From: Octopus sinensis
Lineage: Eukaryota
DNA: 64,000 bases
Direction: 5' to 3'
Assembly (NCBI RefSeq): GCF_006345805.1
Contig: NC_043000.1
Location: 141,980,001 to 142,044,000, forward strand
Numbering within the stretch: position 1 is the stretch's first letter; every line of letters starts with the position of its first letter. Positions 12,371-24,791 of this stretch are shown piece after piece. Made by a program: the position numbers and the translations under genes. Under the pieces are notes generated by a model. The model was given only the letters and a program-made list of their open reading frames with translations. It did no database searches and was not told where the DNA came from.

Positions 12371-12811
12371 TACAAACATCATATTTTTTCATCAATTACT
12401 ATCACAGCATCAGAAAGAAAATGAAACATGAAATGAATGCAAAAGGGCTTCAAATAAAGAGAAAAGGAATAGAAAAGTCTATACAATAACGAAATACTAG
12501 AAAATTTACCTTATGATTAATAGATATTTAAAACATGAGTATGTGTAGGAATAAAATATTCATTATATATCAGGAACAAGCAAGCGTCTACGAAATGAAA
12601 GGGACAATGCATTCAGTATTCATATATTCGAATATGGATGAATTAGAAATGATCCCAAATAAAATGCAAGAAAGTGTTATTTTCAAATTGAATTCGCTAA
12701 TGATGGTATACAGACAGCAATCTCATTGACGTATTATAATATCAGATTTGGAAAATCAGGGAAACAACGTTTTACTTGCATAGTAATAGTAGCATATTAC
12801 AAGATAAAGAT

Positions 12812-13115
12812 TTGGTAGCAATATTTTACAACGCACTCTTTACATTCTGAGTTCAAAATCCCTTGCGGTCGACTTTGCTTTCATCCTTTCAGGATCGATC
12901 AAATAAGTACCAATTACGCACTGGATCGATGTAATCGACTTAATCCCTTTTCCTGTACTTGTTTATCCTCTCTATTTTTATCCCTCTGTAGGCAATAAAG
13001 AAATAAATATTTGACAACGCACTCTTCGCATTCTGAGTTCAAATTCTGACGACGTCAACTTTGCCTTTAATCCTTCGAGGTTGATAGTATAAGTACCAGT
13101 TGAGTACTGGGGTTC
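12812..13115 (+). mobile_element. Tandem dimer of SINE family A (variant head)
   Basis: Units start aatatt..acaacgcactctt...ttctgagttcaaa at ~12820 and ~13005; tail aaagaaata precedes the second unit. Confidence 0.8.
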
Positions 13116-13174
13116 AGGTATTATCTTACTCGCACGACAATATTTCTGGCATTGTATCAAAATTTTAAACCAAC

Positions 13175-13213
13175 AGGCGCAGGAGTGGCTGTGTGGTAAG
13201 TAGCTTGCTAACC
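13175..13213 (+). mobile_element. 5' part of the SINE family B copy split by the Tx1 insertion
   Basis: aggcgcaggagtggctgtgtggtaagtagcttgctaacc; the SINE resumes at 18626. Confidence 0.95.
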
Positions 13214-13602
13214 TCACTGACAGAAGAGTGACTTTGCTTACCGTACTACGGTTTGGACGCGTTTTCTTCCCGGTAAGAGTTTTGCTGTGTTGTTAATTGT
13301 TGAATTCCTACTACTGAAAATTTGCCTTTAAACGTTGCTGAACTGTCTTGTTCTCCGGTTTTACCGGGAAATAATTGAATAATTTCTTACCGTTGAACTG
13401 TTAGCCATTGTGGCTTTTTATTTACGTGACTATATATAGTCCTGCCAGACTATTTTCGTGCCCCTCCCCCGAATGGGGGTGGGAATTGGAATTTTTGAAC
13501 TGCTTTTTTGAACTACTTTGGAAGAAAAACTTTCTATAGGTTTCCCAGTTTTGTGGGAAACCAATATTCGTAATTTTTGTGTTGTCTAATTTCAACAGAA
13601 TA

Positions 13603-15002
13603 ATGCCTGTTGAAATTATTCACGAAAGTAGTGCTCTTGAGGAGAGCAATGTTAAAAAATTTTCTGCGTTAGCCGCAGTGGCTACCGAGAAGATTGACAT
13701 CGATGTCAATCAGCTTGTCGAGCTATTTAAAAGAATGCAAGAGGAGGGTGGTGATGTTAAAATATCACCCTCCGCCAGTATCGTGGAGACCGAGAAGCGG
13801 ACCGTAGTGTTTAAAACTTTCTGTCCACAAAGCAGAAGGTTCAAACACTTTGAAAAAAGCACCATCGAGAAATGCTTGTCCCCGATTTGGAAGGACATCG
13901 TGTACGTCGCCAGGGGACGGGCATATGGCACTGTGGATGTCCGCTTCTCGGGGGAAGAAATGGCCCGCGGGCATTCTGTGAACCCCCTAAACACCAAAGA
14001 GGTGGTACTTTTCCCAAGCTATAGGGGACGCAGGACGTCCCGGGTCAGGATTGTAGAAGCCCGCCGGAAGTAGATCCGGTAGAGGTAGTGGCCGCCCTGT
14101 TATATAAAAGGGCGGACAAAATAAAAATATTTCAAGTAACATGCTCTACCCCTCTATTTTGGCTCGGGCGTAACATTAATATATTAATTCAAGGAACAGC
14201 GGAGGACCTGCAGCTCCTTCCTGAGAGGGTGCTCGTGGGCTAGAACGTAGCCCTCAGGGTACAGGTCGAAGGCCGAAAACCCACCTGTTACGCCTGCGGC
14301 AAAAAGGGCCACATTCGTGTAGACTGTCCAGACAAGCAAAAGAAACCGCAGACACCAGGCCCCTCAGATAATAAAAAAGTCCCTACCCTTGCAAACACAC
14401 CTACCCCTACAAAAACAAAAAAATCCCACTCCTGCTGTTACGGTGCCAACCCCAAAACAGACTGAAGAAAAAACCCAGCCCTCGCACTCACAAACCCCTA
14501 CACTATTAAAACCTCCCACCCCCCTAAAAACTGCGGCGCCTACCGAACAAACTATTGCTACCCCAGACGATACCATGGAGGTATCAGAGGGGGGATTTGC
14601 ACCAGTTCGTAAAAGAATTCGTGCAGCATCCCCGTCCACATCCCTACAAAAAATAATAAAAACAAAGACGCACCACAGACACGGAAAAAAAATCCCGCTC
14701 AACTGGCCCAGAAAAAGAAGACAAAAAAGAAAATGAACTCATATTAATTGAATTCGACACACAAGACAAATACATAAACGATATTGTGGTTCAGCATCAG
14801 TCAGCAAGACTACAACAAATACAAAGATCGAAATAGACACGCGTGGATTGCGGAAACAACGTTCAAACAATTAAAAGACAGACACCCAAACGCCATCCGG
14901 CATATCGCGAACTTGCCGGACTATCTGAAGAAAGAGGAGAAAGAAGGGGCCCACAAACGTGTGGTGAGGTCGGCCCCCACCTCTCCAACGAAATGTAAGT
15001 AG
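13603..15002 (+). pseudogene. Tx1 ORF1 (RNA-binding protein, CX2CX4HX4C knuckle, Pro/Thr/Lys-rich linker); frameshifted
   Basis: ATG at 13603; frameshift ~14058, stop ~14240; CYACGKKGHIRVDC at 14286-14327; further frameshifts before the stop at 15002. Confidence 0.85.
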
Positions 15003-15019
15003 AACTTTTACTTTTTGTA

Positions 15020-18000
15020 ATGGCTTCGCTTAACCTTGGTTGTTTAAATATGCGTGGTCTGAGTTCGAAGTGGAAGCAGGCTTGTTTCTCGACGACCTCA
15101 GATCACATGATATACATGTGATGGTTGCTACAGAGACCAAGCTGGACAGCCTACAAACCTTCTCGCCTCTCCTGAATGGCTACGAGAAAATCATGTCTCC
15201 TGGCCAGACCGGAGGGCGAGGGGGCGTAGTGGTACTGATCCGTAAAGACTTGGCTCTACAGACAAGTACAGTCTATGTAGACCCAGAAGGTGGGCTGGTC
15301 GTTCTTGATGTGACATACAGCAGTAAGGCCTTCAGGTTGATCGGACTCTATGCATCTTGTGCTAGAGGTTTCCAAACTGATTTTTATCGGCGCCTAGAGG
15401 GCTTTCTCGTGACGTCGAAGACTTTAGTGATATTAGGGGACTTTAATGCTATCGTTGACGTACACATCGATAGCGTTGGCTCGATCTATAGGAAAGTGAA
15501 CTCACGTCTCGTGGATCTGCTTAAGCGGTTTCAGCTGGCAGATCGTTACAGACGTGACCATCCGAACGTCTCAGAGTGGACCTGGATGAGTGGCGACGGA
15601 AGGTTCAAGTCTTATCTAGACAGGATAGTGATAAGAACTAGAGATAAGTCTAATTTTAGTTGTCCACAGCTCGTCCAGGTGCCCTATACTGACCATAGAA
15701 TGGTCTCGTGTAGACTGGACAAAGATAGCACACTTAAGATAGGAACCGGCTACTGGAAGCTGAACAAGTCTATTTTGACACGCGAGGCATACCGTAGCCG
15801 GATTAAGGTGTTAGTGCAGAGGGCGTTAACCGGAGCCGTGGTTAATAACCGGTGGTGGTTCACCCTCAAAAGAGCCATTCGATTCGAGTCCATTAGATTT
15901 AGTAAACAACTAAGACTAAATAGGGCTAGAATAGAAGGGCAACTAGTTAAGAACTTAGAGGAGGCGTTGAGGTTGGGCTCTGCATCTCACATTTTAGCGG
16001 CGAGAACGGCATTAGACCGTCACCTCAAAACCAAACATGAGGGATGTAGAGTCCGGGCTAAAGTACGAGCATTAGGCCGTGAGGGAATTAATGTTGCCGG
16101 ATGGGCCCGTACGATAGAAACACAGCGTGGAAACGATGCCACAATTGGGTCTCTTGTTGATGAAAACGGATGCACGATCAAGAAGCGGGACGAGATGTGT
16201 GAGGCACTTCACAAGCACTTCGCCGAGTTGTTCGGGAGGTGCGGGACGCTGGATCATGGTGAGGCCCTTAGGGACTTCCTGTCTGGTGGCCCGCGCCTCT
16301 CGACACGAGAGGCTGAGTGCTGTGAAGGGCCAATCACAGCCGAGGAAGTAATCGAGGTATTGGGCAAGTGCCCCGGGGAGAAGTCGCCGGGTCTCGATGG
16401 TCTGCCCTATGAATTTTATAGAAGTATGCCAGACTTGTTCGGGCACCTGCTGGCTAGCGTCTACGCCAACTGGCAGCAGAATGGGAGAATTCCCAAGTCT
16501 GCGAGCCGGGGGGGGGAACAAGGGGGACGAGATAGGGAACTTCAGGCCCATAACTCTGTTAAACACAGAGTTAAAGATTCTGGCCAAGGTGCTAGCAAAA
16601 AGGTCGGCGCGGGTCGTGGACAAACTTGTCGGGGAAGCGCAAACGTGCGCTATTCCCGGCAGAACGATCCACGACAATCTCTACCTTATACGCTACTCCT
16701 TAGAGAGGGTGGGGAAGCTTTCTGGCGCAGGGGGAGCACTGGTACATTTAGACCAGTCCAAAGCATTTGATAGGGTCGACCATCGGTACCTGGCGGCGGT
16801 CCTCGGAGAGGCTGGCCTAGGCCCGACCTTTCGAGGTTGGATCGCTGCTTTGTATAGCGACATCGAGTCTGTAGTCAAGGTGAACGGTTCCTTTTCGAAG
16901 CCGTTCAGGATCGAGCGTTCAGTTCGTCAAGGGTGTCCCCTGTCCTCGCTCCTATACGTATTGGCTCTTGAGCCTTTGCTGCGGAAGTTGGAGGCACTAG
17001 GGGGCGCGCCGCATGATCTATGGTGTGGAAGAGGAGCTACGGCGTATGCGGATGACACCTCCATCATCGTGGCAGACGAAGGCCAGCTTCCAGTGGTGGA
17101 AGAGGCCATCAAAAGCTACGAGGCGGTGGCAGAAGCAAAGGTTAACAAGGACAAGTCGGTCGGTTTGCAACTCGGCACCTGGAGGGGCAAGCCGATGCCG
17201 TCCAATAACATCGTAGGGCGTTGGACGGAAGGTCCTGTTAAGCTGCTCGGAGTCTGGTTCGGGCCAGACCTCCAGATTGAGAAAAATTGGAGTGAGGTGG
17301 CCAACAAGGTGACCGCTCTAACCCAGACCTGGTCTGGGCGGGCGTTATCCCTGCTAGGGAAGGCGGAGGTGGTGCAGATGTTTATAGCATCAGTAATCAC
17401 CTACCGTCTGACCGTGGTGCCTTGCCCCGATTTGTGGCTGAACAAGTTGGAGAGAATCCTTTTCCGATTATTTTGGAAAGGAGGAAAGCCACTTGTAAAG
17501 CGCTCTGTCTGCTGCCAGAAACCGCTAAAGGGTGGGCTAGGGATGCCTTGGCTGAGGATGCGAAAACTCGCGTTAAGGTTGAGGCACCTCTGGCTTTACC
17601 TGGATGGAGAGCAGGTGTGGTCACCGCACGTCCGGTTCTACCTTCCCCAGTTAACATCCCTAACGGACATCGGTGCATGGATCAAGCGGAGACCTAAACT
17701 GAGTGAATGGCATTTGGAGTGCCGTCAGGGGCTCCAGCTACTATCTCGGGTGAGCAACGCCGGCAGCAGGAGTTCCACCACGGATTTCTATAGCGGGTTA
17801 GTGGAGATTAAGTCCGAAGACGCCTTGGGGGAGACCCTGGGCTACGATGAAAATCAGTTGGTCAACCTGTTCCGGAGGACGTTCGGGCCGGGGTATCTGG
17901 ATAATTACCAGAAATCCCTGGCCTGGCAGTGTTTCCGTGCGGCTTTACCTGTTCGAGACAAGCTGTCAAGGCACGGTAGTGCCGTCTCGCCGACATGCCC

Positions 18001-18397
18001 GCGATGTGAGCAGGATAGGGAGACCGTCTTGCACGCATTCGTGGAGTGTCCGGAGTTATCGGGACTGATAGCTTTTGTTGAACAACTGTTGTCAGTGATG
18101 GGAAGAGTACAGCTATCAGCTGAGTCTATCATCGAAATTGTGCCGCCCCCTTTCCTTAACAGGGAAAGAAAGGCTTGTTTTTTCTGTGTAGTAGCCATAC
18201 TGAAAGAAACAGTATGGAAGAAGCGTACGAAAGGTATAGTGACAGGCACCTTTGTCTCCGGCCAGGGGTTGATTAACTTTTTTAGTTACCACCTCAGTAG
18301 CAAAATCAGGCTGGAGAAGAGGTGTCTGTCACGAGATATGTTTGTGAAAAGATGGAAGCCTGTGGCATACAAGATGGGTATGTTTGGCACCAGGTAA
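15020..18397 (+). pseudogene. Tx1 ORF2: AP endonuclease, reverse transcriptase, C-terminal CCHC; two frameshifts
   Basis: MASLNLGCLNMRGL, ATETKL, ILGDFN, SYLDRI, TDHRMV (APE); NFRPITLLNTELKILAK, DQSKAFDRVDH, VRQGCPLS, YADD (RT); CPRC...HAFVEC; frameshifts ~15080 and ~16510. Confidence 0.95.
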
Positions 18398-18625
18398 GTG
18401 TGACCGGATCAGAAAGTAAAGGTTCTACCCGGATGCCTGGGTGTCCGTCCTTCGACATGATCATCAATATTTTTAAACATTGCCTTCGTAAAATTCATTG
18501 TTTATAATCTTATCCGTAATTTCATTCGAAAATTGTAACTGTGTTAAGCTACTTCACCCTTTATATTTGTCTGTCCTTGTTTGTCCCCTCTTTGTAAATG
18601 CCTAAATGGCAAATTATATGAAATA

Positions 18626-19019
18626 AAGTAGCTTGCTAACCAACCACATGGTTCTGGGTTCAGTCCCACTGCGTGGCATCTTGGGCAAGTGACTTCTGCT
18701 ATAGCCCCGGGCCGGCCAATGCCTTGTGAGTGGATTTGGTAGACGGAAACTGAAAGAAGCCTGTCGTATATATGTATATATATATGTGTGTGCGTATGTG
18801 TTTGTGTGTCTGTGTTTGTCCCCCTAGCATTGCTTGACAACCGTTGCTGGTGCGTTTACGTCCCCGTAACTTAGCGGTTCGGCAAAAGAGACCGATAGAA
18901 TAAGTAATGGGCTTACAAAGAATAAGTGCCGGGGTCGAATTGCTCTGCTAAAGGCGGTGCTCCAGCATGGCCGCAGTCAAATGACTGAAACAAGTAAAAG
19001 AGTAAAGAGTAAAGAGAGT
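18626..19019 (+). mobile_element. 3' remainder of the split SINE family B copy
   Basis: Continues caaccacatggttctgggttcagtccc... through the (AAAGAGT)n tail. Confidence 0.95.
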
Positions 19020-19879
19020 AACATTTGAAATCAAAATTTTAAACCAATAATATTTCCAGAGATAAAACATCTCTGGAAACGCACCTGTTTCCAGAGATGC
19101 TTTATCTACACTTCCTCGGAGATGAACAAGTGTTGTATTTTCGGAATAACAACAACATAATAGTATAGAAAACGTATGAGAGATGAACTATAAATCTGTT
19201 GGAGACCCAGCCACACGTATACTGAAATTATTTTGGATATCTACATAATTTGTTATACAACTAAACTATGAATATTTTAACATGAACTGTTATTTAGTTT
19301 GTTCCTGATCTTTCTTATGCGAAATTCATAAAATGGAGAGAATATTTCCTCTATATATTTGAAGTGATTGCACGATATTTTAAATTCACACATTAGATAT
19401 GGGTAAAGAGTGATTTGCACAGACATATATGTATTGTAATGGAATTTGTATTCACAGAAATATAACTTGTTTAACGTATTTGCAAAATATCAATATCACC
19501 TCTACAGCTATACTGATAGGTGTTGAGGGACGTATAACCAATGACATCTGATAAATATAAGAATTGCTGCACTTGACAAATAATATTTTGACGCATTCAG
19601 CAGTTCAATAAGTGTTCTAGTTTGAAATATATCTCTTCATATGTAAAAATAATTTATTATACCATACAACACACTGGTTAGATATATTACAAAGATAAAA
19701 TTTTTCACAACAAAAATAATCTTGCATTTCTGACAATGTTCAGCACACAAGCCCACGTCCAAGTTTTATCCGTCTTTCATGTTCTAGACCGACGATTTCT
19801 TGTCGCATCGCACCGTGTGAGAACGGGGATATATCTGAACCACACTCTTCTCTGAACCTTGTTGCATTCCAGGATTTAG

Positions 19880-20300
19880 ATGTGTTACCATATACTCACT
19901 ATTTAACATGTCATTTGCTATATACCACCATCTGAACTAACACCTACAACTATGCAGATTATAACTTGCTACACTCATTTCTAATATTCCACCACCGATG
20001 AACTTAAATATATTTACCTAACCATAAGAATCCATAAACTGTGGAGATACTAGAGGCACTTTTCAATGAATTCGTCACATTTTACTCTCCTTCTATATTA
20101 GAAAAAAAAACTAAATGACTATACAATTCTTCAAAATATTATAGCAAGACCGTCCCACATGCATACCATACAAATAGAACCCTTACATTCATTAAAGGTG
20201 ATCAAACGCTCGACAATATCAGCAGTGATATCGCGCATAGCTGACGTCCATTCTCAACATAGCCATAACAGAACTGCAAAAATTGGGCTTCCTTTGGAAG
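19880..20300 (+). mobile_element. Possible highly degraded Penelope-like RT-thumb remnant
   Basis: Weak similarity (TNTYNY...HS...LKYIYLTIRIHKL) to the PLE thumb region seen at 52870-53050. Confidence 0.3.
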
Positions 20301-20630
20301 CCAAATAATACAAATTTCAGCTCTCTGAGAAGCTTAGGGGATACCAAAACGTAACAGCGTCACAGCACCTGGCATGGCGATGCTCTCACTCTCTCCCTCA
20401 CCATTTCTCGCTCGCCCCCTCCAAACACACAAATATCGTAAAGCCCATGCACGAAAGCCCACGCAACCGATTCCCATGTTACTCACCAAAGCACTCCAAC
20501 TCAGATCTAAATAGAGACTACCACTCCAACTACTCTCTAAACTTTAGAGCTTGCTGGTCTTTGGCCACGTCACCTCAGGCAACTGCGACTCAATAACCTC
20601 TTACCTTCGTGTCAAAAGTATTGTCTACGC

Positions 20631-20849
20631 CAGTGCTTTTCAAACTTTTTGCTGGAGCGGAACCCCAAGGAAGCATTCCACTGGCTCGAGGAACCTCTGT
20701 GCAATAATTTAATAGTCTTATGCACACATATCTGCACAGGAGAATTAAAAATTACTGCCGATTTTAGCAGTTTTGTAACTTCTTGCGGAACCCCTGGACT
20801 GTACTGGCGGAATCCTAAGGTTCCGCGGAACACTGGTTGAAAACCACTG
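20631..20849. mobile_element. hAT-superfamily MITE (219 bp)
   Basis: TIRs CAGTGCTTTTCAAAC / GGTTGAAAACCACTG; perfect 8-bp TSD GTCTACGC (20623-20630, 20850-20857). Confidence 0.95.
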
Positions 20850-21117
20850 GTCTACGCACATCAAGTTTACTCCATCCCGACAGTCAGTTTTCAAGAAATC
20901 TTTAGCTACACATGTGTGCCCCAAAGTTGTCGAATTTAAAAATGCTCAAAACGGAAGTTAACTCCTCAGAACTAACTGTTCTAACGAAGCGTTTGCATTC
21001 CATTAGTATTGTTATTCTCTACATGTTAAAACAGTAAAGAAAAAAAAAACGAAAGCAAAACTGCCAAATAGCTATTTATGTAAGGGTTTTTAATTATATG
21101 TAATATGTCATGTGAAT

Positions 21118-21295
21118 GCGGCACGTCGTTTGGTGGTAAGAGCATTGGGCTTACAATCGCGAGGTTGTGAGTTTGATTCCCGGTCCGAGTTGCACGTTGC
21201 ACTCTTTGAGCAAGACACTGTATTTCACGTTGGTCTAGGTCACTCAGCTGTCGAAATGAGCTGCGACATCACTGGTGCCAAGTTGTATTGAACCT
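21118..21295 (+). mobile_element. Degenerate tRNA-headed SINE fragment (other family)
   Basis: tggtggtaagagc A box, gagtttgattccc B box, ttgagcaagacact CORE-like block. Confidence 0.6.
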
Positions 21296-21919
21296 TCGTT
21301 TTCAAAGAAATATTTCGTATAACTGAAAAGTAGGAGATAAGTGAGTACATATGTAAAGACAGATACAAAAATAATATTTACAAAGACGCCTTGTTGAAAT
21401 ATAAAATGAATTCTTAAAAATACAAGCAGAAAACAAGATGAGGACGAAACACGAGAGGTAATAGATGAATTTAGAACGGAGTAAATATTGACTGTTGATG
21501 AGCGTATAACATAACAATTACATATGTGTATCGCACACGCACACACATACACATATACACACTCACATACACACATACATATACATACACACATACACAC
21601 ACAACAGCGCGCGCACACACACACAGTTTAATTATATGTGAGTCTGTTGTGTTGCGTGCTCAAATGTATCCATGGCAACTGTACAATATGTATATATTAC
21701 TTTTGTGCGCATGCGTTTTTATATGAACCGTGTCAAAGTATTGAGGGAATCCTATGGCATACGGAAGATTACACGCCAGCAAAATATTTCCTTGATACAG
21801 AGATCGCTAACACAAAAGACATTTTACTATTGACTTCCATGTGAACATTAAATGCATTTAATTGATTTATTTGATCATTAATCACATAAATCAATTACAT
21901 CAAATAAATCAATTAAATT

Positions 21920-22346
21920 AGGCGCAGGAGTGGCTGTGTGGTAAGTAGCTTGTTTACCAAGCACATGGTTCCGGGTTCAGTCCCACTGCGTGGTACCTTG
22001 GGCAGGTGTCTTCTAGTATAGCCTCGGGCCGACCAAAGCCTTGTGAGTGGATTTGGTAGACGGAAACTGAAAGAAGCCCGTCGTATATATGTATATATAT
22101 ATATATGTGTGTGTGTGGATGTGTAGGTGTGGGTGTCTGTGTTTGTCCCCCTAGCATTGCTTGACAACCGATGCTGATGTGTTTATGTCCCCGTTACTTA
22201 GCGGTTCGGCAAAAGAGACCGATAGAATAAGTACTGGGCTTACAAAAGAATAAGTCCCGGGGTCGAGTTGCTCGATTAAAGGCGGTGCTCCAGCATGGCC
22301 GCAGTCAAATGACTGAAACAAGTAAAAGAGTAAAAGAGAGAGAGAG
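21920..22346 (+). mobile_element. SINE family B, full length
   Basis: Complete head to tail. Confidence 0.95.
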
Positions 22347-22619
22347 TAATGGTGAAACTCAAGGGTATAGTGTTAACAGAGATTTTTATTCATTCAACTG
22401 TCCTGGTCGGTTACAAGAAACGTGCAATAAGAATGTCTTTTTCGTCGTTTGGGTTTTGGCTGCCCTCTTTAGCATATAAGGAGTACACATAGTGGTCTCT
22501 CCTCTGTGTGTAAATTCTTATACACTATTATGCGATAAAAAATATTTAAGTCTCCTGACTTTCATTATGCACGCTAACCACTGGTATAAATTATCTATTT
22601 AATAGTTATTACTTTGTAT

Positions 22620-22620
22620 T

Positions 22621-22688
<68 letters not shown>

Positions 22689-22725
22689 GTGTGTGTGTGT
22701 GTTGTGTGTGTGTGTGTGTTTGTGT
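22620..22725. repeat. (TA)n(TG)n microsatellite
   Basis: Direct reading. Confidence 0.95.
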
Positions 22726-23620
22726 ACTAGTGCGAACGCGCTATCTTTAAGGTAGCATCATTTACATTGGACTGAGTTGCTTTGATATCATTATATCATA
22801 TAGTCTTCTTATGAATATGCATATGTGTCAATATGGCATACACGAAGTGAAAATGCTGACAAGACATGCAAGATGAATGAAGGTTAGACATCAATAATGG
22901 AAAACCTAATATAGAGCCAAAAGGTGAAGTAAGCAAGTGTCAGTTATGAAATGATATGAAATATAAATTCGAACATATATGAAAATTACGAAACATTTCC
23001 AAATCATGCATTTCACTGTGAAAAATGATTTTATTTAAAATATGATAAACAGTTGGAGGGTTTAAGCAAACTTTTGTTGACTACATTTTCATATATGTTA
23101 AAGAGAATATATGAGTTGTTTGTAGATACAATGGAATATGATTTCATAGAGAGAGAATTAATTTGGATCAAAGTTTCTTCCCTAGCAATAGTCTCAGAAG
23201 TCCGGCTTCTCAGAATTTGGGGCGTATATATATATATCGACCCGCATACACACACATAAACAGGGCAGCGGTTCGTCGCAGAATTACTTATTATTATTTG
23301 GCAGCAGTGTGAAGTGAATAACATGAAGTGAATTGCTTTGCTGAAAATCAAATACCTCTTGGGCCAAGAATCGAAACCACAATGTTGCTATCGTGAGAGC
23401 AACATCGAATACCTAACAAACGCGCCTCCGTCATAGACACGTAGACACGGAGATATATAGATCGTACACTTAAATCTACTAGTCGTACGTTGCAGTCTTT
23501 ACTAGATATTATAAAGAATTTTTAATTAAATTTTTCCAACAATTAATTGTTTTTTATATGAAACTTGAAAACTTTGTTCGGACATGACTTGAATATTCAT
23601 GTCTGTGCACGCGCATGTAG

Positions 23621-23865
<245 letters not shown>

Positions 23866-24140
23866 TTTGGGTCCACTGCTACTGCTTTTGTTAATTGAAT
23901 TTCATGCATATAAAAATATAAATAAATCGGTTGTAGTTGCATTTCTCCTCCAAGTGAATAATTATTAAAAGTCATCATTTCAGAATACTAAACCTCTCAG
24001 AACAAGGGGTTACATTTACTACGTTAAAACAGCTCGGTATAGGCGCATGTGCTTTCTCTCGATCCATTTGATTTTATCATTGTATAAAAAAAAAACTGCA
24101 ATATCTTAACTTCTTATGAAAGATATCATAGGCTACAGAT

Positions 24141-24529
24141 GATGGAAGCACTCCGTCGATTACGACGATGAGAGTTCCGGTTGATCCGAATCAACGGAAC
24201 AGCCTGCTCGTGAAATTAACGTGTAAGTGGCTGAGCACTCCACAGACACGTGCACCCTTAACGTAGTTCTCGGGGATATTCAGCGTGACACAGAGAGTGA
24301 CAAGGCCGGCTCCTTGAAATACAGGTACAACAGAAACAGGAAGTAAGAGTGAGAGAAAGTTGCGGTGAAAGAGTACAGCAGGGATCGTCACCATCCCCTG
24401 CCGGAGCCTCGTGGAGCTTTTAGGTGTTTTCGCTCAATAAACACTCACAACGCCCGGTCTGGGAATCGAAACCGCGATCCTATGACCGCGAGTCCGCTGC
24501 CATAACCACTGGGGCATTGCGCCTCCACA
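24141..24529 (-). mobile_element. tRNA-headed SINE family C, full length, 11-bp TSD
   Basis: Minus-strand head GTGGAGGCGCAATGCCCCAGTGGTTA...GGTTTCGATTCCC; AGGCTACAGAT at 24130-24140 and 24530-24540. Confidence 0.93.
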
Positions 24530-24791
24530 AGGCTACAGATAGACAAGTATGAAGTGTATTTTCCCCAGAAGTGAATACTATACGTACCTCACATCAATGC
24601 CTGAACTACTCTGAATTATATTTATTTTATTTAGTACAGAACTCGGCAAACTAGTATAAATTTTTTAGTGTCCTATCCTCATTATGTTGATTATTTAATT
24701 GGTATGATCATTTTGATAAGAGTATAAGATGAAGTTTTGTATGTATTATTTAACTACAAAAACGAATTTATCATATATATATATATATATA

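Larger units (their letters stand above)
13214..18625 (+). mobile_element. Full-length Tx1/L1-clade non-LTR retrotransposon (~5.4 kb), decayed
   Basis: 5' UTR, ORF1 with zinc knuckle, ORF2 APE-RT-CCHC, 3' UTR; 16-bp TSD AAGTAGCTTGCTAACC at 13198-13213 and 18626-18641. Confidence 0.96.
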
